Assembly: GCA_963666285.1 (NCBI GenBank)
Contig: OY762711.1
Direction: 5' to 3' (one strand)
Length of the DNA: 64,000 nt
Source of the DNA: Sedimentisphaerales bacterium
Lineage (GTDB): Bacteria > Planctomycetota > Phycisphaerae > Sedimentisphaerales > SM23-30
Shown here: in pieces, positions 20,565 to 29,789 of the stretch
Numbering within the stretch: the first letter of the stretch is position 1
Layout: every line of letters starts with the position of its first letter
Notes under the pieces: generated by a model
Database searches by the model: none
What the model saw: the letters and a program-made list of their open reading frames with translations, nothing else
Told to the model about the DNA's origin: nothing
Translations under genes and position numbers: made by a program

Positions 20565-21077
20565 ATGTCAAAATTAGATAATATAAAATTGCTATGCATG
20601 GATGTTGACGGCGTTTTAACTGACGGCGGAATAATAATACATCATGACGGCACGGAAAGTAAACGGTTCCACGTACACGACGGTGGGTGGATGAGAATCT
20701 GGGGACGACGCGGGCTGAAAACTGCCATTATTACCGGCAGAGAATGCAAGGCCGTCCAGTTTCGTATGGAAGCCCTGGAGGTTGATTATATTTACCAGGG
20801 TGCTATCAAGAAACTGCCGGTATTCGAACAACTGCTCGCCGATTCTAAACTGGCCCCGGAAGAAATCGCATATATCGGCGATGATGTCTTTGATATACCG
20901 GTTATCCGCAGAGTTGGATATTCCGCGACCGTTGCTGACGGCATATCGGAACTGAGAGAATATGTCGACTTCGTCACCTGTCGAAAAGGCGGTCGAGGTG
21001 CGGTAGGCGAATTTATCCGGCACATGTTAAAGGAAAAAGGACTGTTTGAGGCTGCCATGGAAAGATATATGGCTTAA
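20565..21077 (+). CDS. kdsC: Kdo 8-phosphate phosphatase (HAD)
   Basis: MDVDGVLTDG, FHVHDG, YIGDD and GGRGAV. Confidence 0.92.
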   Translation: MSKLDNIKLLCMDVDGVLTDGGIIIHHDGTESKRFHVHDGGWMRIWGRRGLKTAIITGRECKAVQFRMEALEVDYIYQGAIKKLPVFEQLLADSKLAPEEIAYIGDDVFDIPVIRRVGYSATVADGISELREYVDFVTCRKGGRGAVGEFIRHMLKEKGLFEAAMERYMA

Positions 21078-21227
21078 ACTCTATTCTCCTATGCAGTTAT
21101 TAACAACACCTTTGCCCGGACAATAACTTGCAGGCACTTAAAACAAAAGTTATTTCTTTATGACAATGCCTGACTTGAACAGTAAAAATTAAGGCGGCTT
21201 TATTTCTGGTGAAGCTGATTCTGATAA

Positions 21228-24200
21228 ATGGCTAAAAAACTAATATTGATAATTGCTTCGCTGTTTGGTGTGCTGATTCTTGGCCTGATTTTCATGTCAA
21301 TGAACCCGGACCTCAATAACGAATTTGCTCTGCCTGAACCGCCTGCGGTGGATGACTCACTGAAAAACTCTTCTGCCAGTGAAGATATTGACGATATAGA
21401 TGCCGGAATTGTCTCAATCCGTCAGATGAAGGATTTCGTCTGGCGACAGCCCGGTCGCCTGGAATTCGGGTTTGTCGAAAGAGCTCACAAAACCGAAGGG
21501 TCCGTACAGATTCTCGATACCTGGGTAAAGCTTTTCTCTAATAACAATATTATTAGAATCACTGCAGACAAAGGCATTATCCCTATTGAAGGTGACTATG
21601 ACATAATCAGCCAGAAGATGCCCAACGAAGGTATTTTAGAGGGTAATGTCACAATTGAGGTATTCCGCAAGCCTACCGATGTCAGTTATGATGATTTCGA
21701 CTACGATCCAAAGCTGAAAGAACTTATTGTTGAACTCGGCCGCACCAAATTCGAACGAGAATTCTCCAGGATTGTCGGAGAAGGCACCGTCAGGGTCATA
21801 GCACATGAGTTTGTCGCTACCGGTGAAGATCTCATCATGCAGTATGACCAGATCAACAAAAAACTGCAACTACTCGAAATCGCTCAGATGCAGAAACTGT
21901 CGATCGCCATCAAAAAAGATAACAGCAGCCTGCATGACCCCGGCAAGAATGATTCCACAGACCAGGATGCTGAAAATGCTGATATCCCTGTCGGTCCAAA
22001 AGAGTTCATGACATACAACCTGAACCTTTCTAATAACATATTTATCCAGACCGAAGACGGCACATTTACCGCTGACAACCTGTCTGTCATGGCTGATGTC
22101 TCCAGCGGCAGCAATATAATCAAAAATATAAATGAAGCTGACAATGATAACGACTCTTCTAAAGGTACCGTTATCGCCAATAATTCATTTGACATGGATG
22201 ATCGAAAACTTATCACCATGACCTGTAACGGGCCTCTTGTAATAACCTCGCCCGAAGAACCATTTGTTTCTCAAAACGGCTTGCCACGCATCAAGATGAC
22301 CGCAGAAGGCAAACCGGTCGAGATCTTCCGCGACGGCGAACCTGCCTTAAAATGCGACCAGCTGGTATACGAACGAAATACCGACGGAAATAACAACCAT
22401 TCAATCAAGCTTGTTTCAAACGAGCAGTTTGACAGTATTTTTCTCGCACAAAATAACCAGCGGTCTGTTACTGCTTCAAAAGAAATCAAGTATGACTTCA
22501 ATACCAACATAGCTGCCCTGCTCGGCCCCGGAAAGATCCGCTCGCTGGATGCCAATCAGTCGCATATCGACTTCAAGGATATGATTAAAATCAAATTCCT
22601 GGGCAGCCAGACAGAAAACGGACTCGGCATAGAGCTCAACAGCAACGCCAAAGTCGAATGGATCGAGTGCCTGGGAACGGTTGACGCCAAAGTTGATGAA
22701 AGGCTTATCTCTGCCGATAAAGTGCGGATCAATTTTTATAATGATTCCGACACCGCACAGGCAACTGTACCGGCTGAAAAAACTTCCAAAGACAAAGTTC
22801 CTGCCGTTGACAATATGATTATGACCGGTAATGTTGTAATGAAAGACAGCCAGAGTGTTTTCCATTGCGGCAAGCTGATTGCCAGGTTTAGAAACTACAA
22901 TGACAAATCTGAACTGCAAAGCCTGTGGGCCGGCAACAACATTAAAATCGAAACAGACGAATATCTCATTGATGTTGCGGACAGGTTACTTGTCAACTTC
23001 GGAGTGGCAAAGCCGGATATCAAAAATACAAAAAAGAGCGAGTCTTCGGAAACTGCCTTTTCCGGCGTAAGTACAATGTTTGAAAACCTCAACCCTGTTT
23101 ATGTAATAGCTGAAGGTGCCAACAACAAAGTCCTGTTCAAAGACAAAATCAAAGGAAACATTGTCAGGGGTTCTGTAATCGAAGGTAAGCTGCCGGAAGA
23201 AACCGGTGATCAGCAAAACACCGAACCGCTTGCCACTGCAAAGGACCTTTCTAAAGATGGTATATGGACCATAAGCGGATCACTTGCAATTGTTGAAATT
23301 GGCGAAACTGTTGTCAGCGGAAAAACAATTGAGCTTAACCAGCAGAACAACTTCTGTTCTATTGCCGGGCGAGGTAATTTCATTCTCTCTGCCAACAGTG
23401 AAATCACTGGACAAAAAAATTCAGAAAACATTCCTGTGGCCATCTACTGGCAGGACGGCGTCATATATGATACTGAAAACGGAATTATAATGCTCAAACA
23501 GGCCACCTTCGAATTTGACCAGCTGGCATCAGAAAATATCCTGCAAAACAACAAGCTATATGCTGATAATGCTGACATCACACTTGCCGTTAAGGAGATT
23601 AGTGATACTGGCAAACCGTTATACGAACTCAAGGACTTCAGGGCTTATGGGCCAAACCTGAGAATCATCAGCAACGAAATCGACCTGACCAATAACGACC
23701 TGGTCAGCCAGTCACAAATGAGTGCCAGCCAGATACTATTCGAAGCTATCCCTCATGGCAGACTGAAAGCTTCCGGCGGCGGATGGCTCGAACATGTTGT
23801 ACTTTGCAAACCCGACAGCGATATTCCATCCGAAGCGGAAATTGCAAAAAATAACGGCCTGAACAATTCTGACAGCTATAAACCGGGATACTACTTCCTC
23901 CAGTTCAGTAAGGCAATGGATATTGATATGCAGACCATGGATCTTTCTTTTGCTGACCCGATTGCTATACACTTTCTGCCTATAGCTAACGGTCAGAAAG
24001 ATATTGAAACACTTGGCAATTCCGTCATATTACCTGCCGGCGGGAAAAGGCTATATTGTGATAGTCTCAAGTTGATCAACTCCGAGACTGACAAACTGGA
24101 TACCATGCAGGAATTCTCTAAGCTCAGCGGCAACGAAGCCGTTGCTGAATCCGTTGGTTTCGGGCAGCTTGGCTATTTCTTTGCCAAGGGCAATATTTTC

Positions 24201-24413
24201 CTCGAGCTTAATGATGATAATAACCTGAAACATGTATTCACCGCTGATTCAATGCTCTACGACCGATATCAGGATAAGTTTTCCATCGGAGGTGCTTCTG
24301 ACAATCCCGCCAGTTTCGACAACGTAAGATTTGAATATCTCAATTACGACCTTGAAAATGGGCATAGCAGCGGTAAAATATACGGAACTGCTAAGATATC
24401 TGCAACAAATTAG
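21228..24413 (+). CDS. Large membrane-anchored periplasmic protein, putative LptC/LptA-like beta-jellyroll repeat protein
   Basis: Single N-terminal TM; recurrent (I/F)xADxxxx and xGNVxx strand motifs; located between kdsC and lptF/G. Confidence 0.55.
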   Translation: MAKKLILIIASLFGVLILGLIFMSMNPDLNNEFALPEPPAVDDSLKNSSASEDIDDIDAGIVSIRQMKDFVWRQPGRLEFGFVERAHKTEGSVQILDTWVKLFSNNNIIRITADKGIIPIEGDYDIISQKMPNEGILEGNVTIEVFRKPTDVSYDDFDYDPKLKELIVELGRTKFEREFSRIVGEGTVRVIAHEFVATGEDLIMQYDQINKKLQLLEIAQMQKLSIAIKKDNSSLHDPGKNDSTDQDAENADIPVGPKEFMTYNLNLSNNIFIQTEDGTFTADNLSVMADVSSGSNIIKNINEADNDNDSSKGTVIANNSFDMDDRKLITMTCNGPLVITSPEEPFVSQNGLPRIKMTAEGKPVEIFRDGEPALKCDQLVYERNTDGNNNHSIKLVSNEQFDSIFLAQNNQRSVTASKEIKYDFNTNIAALLGPGKIRSLDANQSHIDFKDMIKIKFLGSQTENGLGIELNSNAKVEWIECLGTVDAKVDERLISADKVRINFYNDSDTAQATVPAEKTSKDKVPAVDNMIMTGNVVMKDSQSVFHCGKLIARFRNYNDKSELQSLWAGNNIKIETDEYLIDVADRLLVNFGVAKPDIKNTKKSESSETAFSGVSTMFENLNPVYVIAEGANNKVLFKDKIKGNIVRGSVIEGKLPEETGDQQNTEPLATAKDLSKDGIWTISGSLAIVEIGETVVSGKTIELNQQNNFCSIAGRGNFILSANSEITGQKNSENIPVAIYWQDGVIYDTENGIIMLKQATFEFDQLASENILQNNKLYADNADITLAVKEISDTGKPLYELKDFRAYGPNLRIISNEIDLTNNDLVSQSQMSASQILFEAIPHGRLKASGGGWLEHVVLCKPDSDIPSEAEIAKNNGLNNSDSYKPGYYFLQFSKAMDIDMQTMDLSFADPIAIHFLPIANGQKDIETLGNSVILPAGGKRLYCDSLKLINSETDKLDTMQEFSKLSGNEAVAESVGFGQLGYFFAKGNIFLELNDDNNLKHVFTADSMLYDRYQDKFSIGGASDNPASFDNVRFEYLNYDLENGHSSGKIYGTAKISATN

Positions 24414-24432
24414 GCCTGGATCATTTAATATA

Positions 24433-25575
24433 ATGAAAGATAACAAAACAAAACGAATTTCACTTGCTTTCGGCATAATCGACCGATATGTTGCCAGGGA
24501 ATACATGATCAGCTATCTTATCGCAATCGGAGTTCTGCTCGGACTGCGCATTCTGGTGGATGTTTTTATTGAGCTTGACGAGTTTGTCGAGAGCCGGGAC
24601 GGTAAAAGCCCTACTATGTTAATGGTCATCGGATATATGCTCGACTATTATGGACCGAAAATTTTTGAATATTTCAGAGACCTTTCCGGCACTATCGTTC
24701 TTATTGCCGCGGCATTCTCGCTCACCAGGCTCACGCGTAACAATGAGCTAACCGCAATCCTGGCCTCCGGCATAAGCCTCAAAAGGGTCATCGCCCCTAT
24801 CGTACTGATCGGACTGCTGCTTAACGGACTTATGATCATCGATCAGGAATATGTACTGCCCAGGCTCGCCCATAAACTGGTACGCAAACACGAAGAAGTT
24901 GCCGGTGAAAAATCTTTCCCACTTAAACTGCTGCCCGACCAGCATGGAGAAGCACTGGTTTACTCTCCAAAATACAACCCAAAAACTGAAACCATCGAAA
25001 AAATGCTCGTAATTGAACGTGACGATGGCATGATGGACAGGATTATCAAGGCTGACTCCGCCAAATGGGACGCGGCTTCCGGCAAATGGCTGCTGACCAA
25101 CGGCATTATCCAGCAAGACACAAACGACCCGGCACTTATGAACCAGCCGATATCTGAATATGAGTCAGAACTTACCCCGGAATATCTATCAATCCAGAAA
25201 AACTCGTCATTTAAGACTCTTATGAGCAGCTTCGAACTTACTGAACTCATCAGGCGAGGCGGGCTCAAACCAGCCGACAGGGCCGAAGCATTCGCTGAAA
25301 AACATTCCCGGTTTACCGACCCGATTATTAATATGATTATGCTGCTGGTCGGGCTGCCTATGCTCGTCAGCCGCGAACGAAAAAACACCCGCATCGCTTA
25401 CGCTTATATGCTCTGCGGTGCCGGAGGATGCTTCATCGCTACCTTCGCCTGCAAACTGCTCGCCTCAGGCAATATTTACGTCACCAGCGAAACACAGCGG
25501 GCGCTCGTTACATTCCTGCCGATTATCATCTTCGGACCTGCCTCACTGCTGGCTGTCGACTCCATCAAGACATAA
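24433..25575 (+). CDS. LptF/LptG family LPS export permease
   Basis: IIDRYVAREY, LTRNNELTAILASGISLKR and IKADSAKWD; 3+3 TM layout. Confidence 0.9.
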   Translation: MKDNKTKRISLAFGIIDRYVAREYMISYLIAIGVLLGLRILVDVFIELDEFVESRDGKSPTMLMVIGYMLDYYGPKIFEYFRDLSGTIVLIAAAFSLTRLTRNNELTAILASGISLKRVIAPIVLIGLLLNGLMIIDQEYVLPRLAHKLVRKHEEVAGEKSFPLKLLPDQHGEALVYSPKYNPKTETIEKMLVIERDDGMMDRIIKADSAKWDAASGKWLLTNGIIQQDTNDPALMNQPISEYESELTPEYLSIQKNSSFKTLMSSFELTELIRRGGLKPADRAEAFAEKHSRFTDPIINMIMLLVGLPMLVSRERKNTRIAYAYMLCGAGGCFIATFACKLLASGNIYVTSETQRALVTFLPIIIFGPASLLAVDSIKT

Positions 25576-25599
25576 CCGCGTCAATATCGCTTCTCTCTT

Positions 25600-26004
25600 C
25601 TAACTCTTTTCATCCCTCTCCCAATATATCCGATCATCTCTATCACCCTCATCTTCCTTCCCATCATAATACCCGCCATCATCCTTACCGTTCTCGCCTA
25701 CACCATACAAAACCGACCGACTGCCGTCATTCAGATATTTTATCTTACCTTCTCCATCGATATCATCTGGCAGTTCTACTTCATACCCCGCATCAATCAG
25801 CTCACTTATACTTGCAGGATATCCCCCTTCTTCAACCTTATACTCCTCCAACTCAAATATCACTTCACACGCCGAAACCGAACTATCGGCCACCTCCGAC
25901 AAATAATAGGCTCTGGTAAACGATTTTGAAAAAATATTATAAAATAGTGCTAATGCCGGAGGATACGAAAACGGACTCACCTCTTTAACTTCATCATGAC
26001 GCAT
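25600..26004 (-). pseudogene. Probable 5'-truncated fragment of a Planctomycete protein with a GspG-like C-terminal motif
   Basis: YKVEEGGYPASISEL...LPDD...VLYGVGENGKDDGG is normally the C-terminus of longer proteins; no RBS; a repeat motif lies just upstream. Confidence 0.5.
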
Positions 26005-26130
26005 TGAAAATCGGTGCAGACACGGCTGTCCCTTTACTTCAAACAGCTTGGGAACGTTTTTTATAAATTACGTTACAATGTAACATAATCTTCCTTATTG
26101 TAACTTATCCTTATGTGACTAAGTGAAAAA

Positions 26131-26676
26131 TCAACGTACTACTTCAAAGCCTTTAAATATCTCTACAGTACTAGTTTGTTTTGTTTTTTTATCAACTTCA
26201 ATCAAATACCCAATTTTAATACCCATCAGAGTATAGCTTTCATTTTTTTCTAAAAGAGGGTCTTTTGAACTATTAAACGTAAAATATTTCGAATAATCAT
26301 TACTTAAGTGTGACAAACAAACTGAATCTCGCATTTCAACTATTGTATTATTGTTTACAGGAACATATTCTTTTCTTGTTATTAAATACCAATTATCTTC
26401 GTCTTCCTGAATTATCCAGTCTTCTAGAGAGACCAAACCTTTCTCCAAATTATTTTGAAATTCTTTTTCACTGTTTTCAAGCAATTTCCTATCTTCTTCC
26501 TTTAAAACCAAACTAAAGTCGGTAATTTCAATAGGCAGTATCTTAATATTTTGGGGGCAATATTTACTATTGATCCCAAATAAAAATGATTTTTTTATTT
26601 GGGATTCATCCTCAGCATTAACATACATTGCAGAAATAATAAGTAATACAGTTATTAAGCTAATACATTTTTTCAT
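26131..26676 (-). CDS. Putative immunity protein (exported, unknown family)
   Basis: AT-rich; GAGG RBS; signal peptide; immediately downstream of the Rhs C-terminal domain. Confidence 0.6.
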   Translation of the reverse strand: MKKCISLITVLLIISAMYVNAEDESQIKKSFLFGINSKYCPQNIKILPIEITDFSLVLKEEDRKLLENSEKEFQNNLEKGLVSLEDWIIQEDEDNWYLITRKEYVPVNNNTIVEMRDSVCLSHLSNDYSKYFTFNSSKDPLLEKNESYTLMGIKIGYLIEVDKKTKQTSTVEIFKGFEVVR

Positions 26677-26693
26677 TATATATACCTCTCGAT

Positions 26694-27945
26694 TTAATAA
26701 TCTACTCTAAATTTGACTTCTTGTTTTGTCTTAGGAATTGTTACTGGAATACCTATCGATATAGATATCGAAGTACCAGTTTCTTCATGTACGATAGTAC
26801 CAGAAGAATTATATCTTAAATCTAAATCTCCGTCAGTAATAAAAACACCTAAAGACTTACAGTTAGGGTTAGATGATTTATATGGCATTGCTCCTGGGAT
26901 TTGATCTGGATTATCATATGGTTGTTTACAACAATAAAATTCTCTTTTAATTAGTTTCGCTCTATATTCCACAGTTGTCTGTATTCCCATAAATATATAT
27001 GTTGTGTTTTCATTTATTTTGATTTTGACACCTTTATTCTCTATAGTTCCCCCTTTTGTAGCTGTGATAACTGTATTATTTAAAATAGGCGAATAAGTAC
27101 CTATTGGGTGATAAGGAGTTATCTGAGTTCCACGTGGAACTGATTTTATATTTTTAAAACATCTTTTACATGCTTTTTGCTTTTCTGCAATAGCTTGAGC
27201 TTGTTGCCTAAGTAAATTGTTTAGGTTATTCGATTCCTTATAAATCCTTTTAGAAATCTCAAGCATGTCTTTGTCTGTAAAGCTTGGAGTATATCCCCAT
27301 TTAACATCAGAGACAGGTCTATCATCTTCTTCCTGCCCCGAGGCATACGAATCTAATCCATATATATCAACAAATACTATAACTTTTGATTTTACATATT
27401 CATAAAGATTTAAACCATCAGCATAACCTGAAGGATCATTGGTCATCCATCTACCCAATCGGTAATGATATACACGGTGGCGGTTATGCTGTAATCTCAA
27501 ATCACCATCATCTAGATTATCAACCTCTCTTGCCGTGAACATAAACGGATTGGCAACAGCTGAATTATCAATCTCATTTCCGCTGCCATCATATATCGTC
27601 GGTTCGCCCCAGACATCGTAAGCATACCGTTCGACCACATCACCATCGGCATCAACCAGAGCGACAATTGAGCCGAGGTTGTCAGAGCAGTAGGTAATAT
27701 ACTGCTGAATTGGGATCACCTGAGGTTGTATTATACATCATCACCAGCTCGTCAATTCCATCTCCAAATACAGATTCCTGTTCCAGGTCAGCTTCTGAGG
27801 CATTATCAGTTGCCGCATAAACCACCTGCCATCTATCATTATGATAATATCGAACAATTTTGTCAACATCTTCATTTTCATCATAGAAAACTGCCAAAAT
27901 CCGTCTGCCAAGGGCATCATATTCATATTCATATTCAACCAGCAA
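26694..27945 (-). pseudogene. Orphan Rhs-core/toxin module, 5'-truncated and frameshifted near 27690
   Basis: YEYDALGRR and FGDGIDE in one frame. After a 1-nt shift: DNLGSIVAL, YAYDVWGEP, NPFMFTARE, GRWMTNDPSGYADGLNLYEYV and DIYGL (DPxGL variant), followed by an AT-rich C-terminal domain. Confidence 0.85.
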
Positions 27946-27953
27946 AGAGAACT

Positions 27954-28250
27954 AAAAGGGGTACGTCCCTTTTTCTTTATCCGCGCCCATCAGCAGGATT
28001 TAGCGGACAATATTTTTTCGTTCTTTTCGACACCTTCACTTTTCGGCTACGGTCGAAAAGTGCCTGAGTACGAAGCACGTATTTCCTGGCAGCTGACCGC
28101 TGGTAGCTGGTCGCTATTTCGCTGTTTTCTGCCTACCGTGTTTGTCTGTGCCTGTCCGTGACCGTCAGTGCTATATTCCACAATAACACTTTGCGAGCCT
28201 TGCGGCCTCTGCGAGCAACAGTTTTTTTTCGTGTTCTTTCGTGAATTTCG
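27954..28250. repeat. Field of REP-like hairpins and short-period repeats (left of IS)
   Basis: AAAAGGGGTACGTCCCTTTT, CACTTTTCGGCTACGGTCGAAAAGTG, three (T)TTCGTG copies, three TGCG(A/G) copies and CCGTG-type repeats. Confidence 0.7.
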
Positions 28251-28322
28251 TGAAAATATGAAGAAAAGGCATCCTAAGGTATAATATATACCAAAACAAA
28301 CTTTTATACGAAAGGATGCCTC

Positions 28323-29354
28323 ATGAACAACATACATTATATTGGAACAGATTTGCATAGCAACAATATTGAGCTGGCAATTCGTTACAGGCAGAAGGTA
28401 ATCCAGAGATATTCTCTGCCGACATCGTTGCCTCCTGTTTTGGAGGTTATAAGCTCCATCAAAGGCAAAAAACAGATGGCAGTAGAGGAAGGCCCCATGG
28501 CAGGCTGGCTTTATCGCGGCGTATTTGGCAAAGTTGACAGGTTTGTAATCGCAGAACCTCGCCGTAACAAGCTGATAAGCTCAGAAGGCGATCATGATGA
28601 TGAAATTGATTCTGCAAAACTTGCAATGCTGCTGGAAGGAGGCCTTTTGAAGGAAGTTTATCATCCTCTAAATAGAGAGCAAGCGGTATTTAAAAAGTGG
28701 GTAACTCTTTACCATGACAATGTTAAGGATGCAGTAAGAAGTATTAACAAAATCAGAGCCTGTTGTCGTATGGAAGCCATAAGAATACCCAGATATGTAA
28801 TAAAAAACCCTGACAAACGTGACAAATGGCTTTCGGAGCTTGAATATACAGACATTGCCGAGCAATTAATGTTGCTGCTTATCGGCTACGATGCAGCTTC
28901 CTGCCAGTGTAGACTTGCCAGGCAAAAAATCATGACTCTAAGTAAATCTTATCCGGTAATTAAGCAATTTCAGGAGCTGCCCGGAGTTGGCATAATACGA
29001 GCAGTAACCTTCTTGGCATATATCGATACGCCATGGAGGTTTAAGAAAAAAAGTCAATTATGGAAATATTGCGGCATTGGACTTGAACGTACAACCAGCG
29101 GCAAAGACAAATATGGCAACTCAAAACCGGCAAAACTTAAATTGCCTTACAACTGTAATCGCACTCTTAAAAATGTAATAATTGGTGCCGCTTTAAGTGC
29201 TATCAGGCAAAAGAATAGTACATATGCCCAGGATTATGAAAGGATGATCTCAAATGGTGTAAATAGATCAAATGCTCGCCATACCGTTGCCAGGAAAATA
29301 CTGACAACTATGTGGGGGATTTGGAAAAGCAGCTTTCAGTATAATACGGATTAA
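28323..29354 (+). CDS. IS110-family DEDD transposase/recombinase
   Basis: YIGTDLH, VEEG, HDDEID, LPGVGIIRA, RFKKKSQLWKYCG and TSGK (catalytic Ser motif), VARKI. Confidence 0.95.
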   Translation: MNNIHYIGTDLHSNNIELAIRYRQKVIQRYSLPTSLPPVLEVISSIKGKKQMAVEEGPMAGWLYRGVFGKVDRFVIAEPRRNKLISSEGDHDDEIDSAKLAMLLEGGLLKEVYHPLNREQAVFKKWVTLYHDNVKDAVRSINKIRACCRMEAIRIPRYVIKNPDKRDKWLSELEYTDIAEQLMLLLIGYDAASCQCRLARQKIMTLSKSYPVIKQFQELPGVGIIRAVTFLAYIDTPWRFKKKSQLWKYCGIGLERTTSGKDKYGNSKPAKLKLPYNCNRTLKNVIIGAALSAIRQKNSTYAQDYERMISNGVNRSNARHTVARKILTTMWGIWKSSFQYNTD

Positions 29355-29411
29355 GATATCGTAATTTATACTCTTTCAAAATATTATGATTTTCTAATAG
29401 TCTTTTTGCAT

Positions 29412-29552
29412 AACAGCAAAGAGTTCCGTTTCAACCACTGGACAGGCAAGAACTTGAACCCGATTCGTGAATGAACCTTTGCTTTTAGACGTGCCTCTTT
29501 TCTTTTTATGAACTGCCCAAAGGGCATGTTCCCAATAGATGGTTGGCAGCAT
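29412..29552 (+). ncRNA. Putative bridge RNA/seekRNA of the IS1111-type element
   Basis: Two stem-loops with internal-loop guides matching the reconstructed target (TCAACCAC 29431-38, TTCGTG 29464-69) and the donor junction (TTTTTAT 29503-09, ATAGATG 29535-41). Boundaries approximate. Confidence 0.75.
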
Positions 29553-29789
29553 AATTTAATTTACGGCTATACACAATTTTATAAAAGAATTGACCGAACA
29601 GAAAATTGTAGTTATTGAAAAAATCGCAAAATTACAAAAAAGATATCTATGACATGTACCTGCTGATGCAATAACTTACAACAAACGTATGGATGCCCTC
29701 AAAGTAATTCATTCGAATTAGAAATTTTTTAACTTGACTTTGAGTTCTTCATAGATGGTTGACAATCTTTATCATAATTCTGAATTTAA

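Larger units (their letters stand above)
28251..29757 (+). mobile_element. IS110-family insertion sequence, IS1111 type (about 1.5 kb)
   Basis: TG core at 28251-28252 and 29756-29757; subterminal IRs TATGAAGAA (28257-28265) and TTCTTCATA (29745-29753); DEDD recombinase; long 3' non-coding end. Confidence 0.9.
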
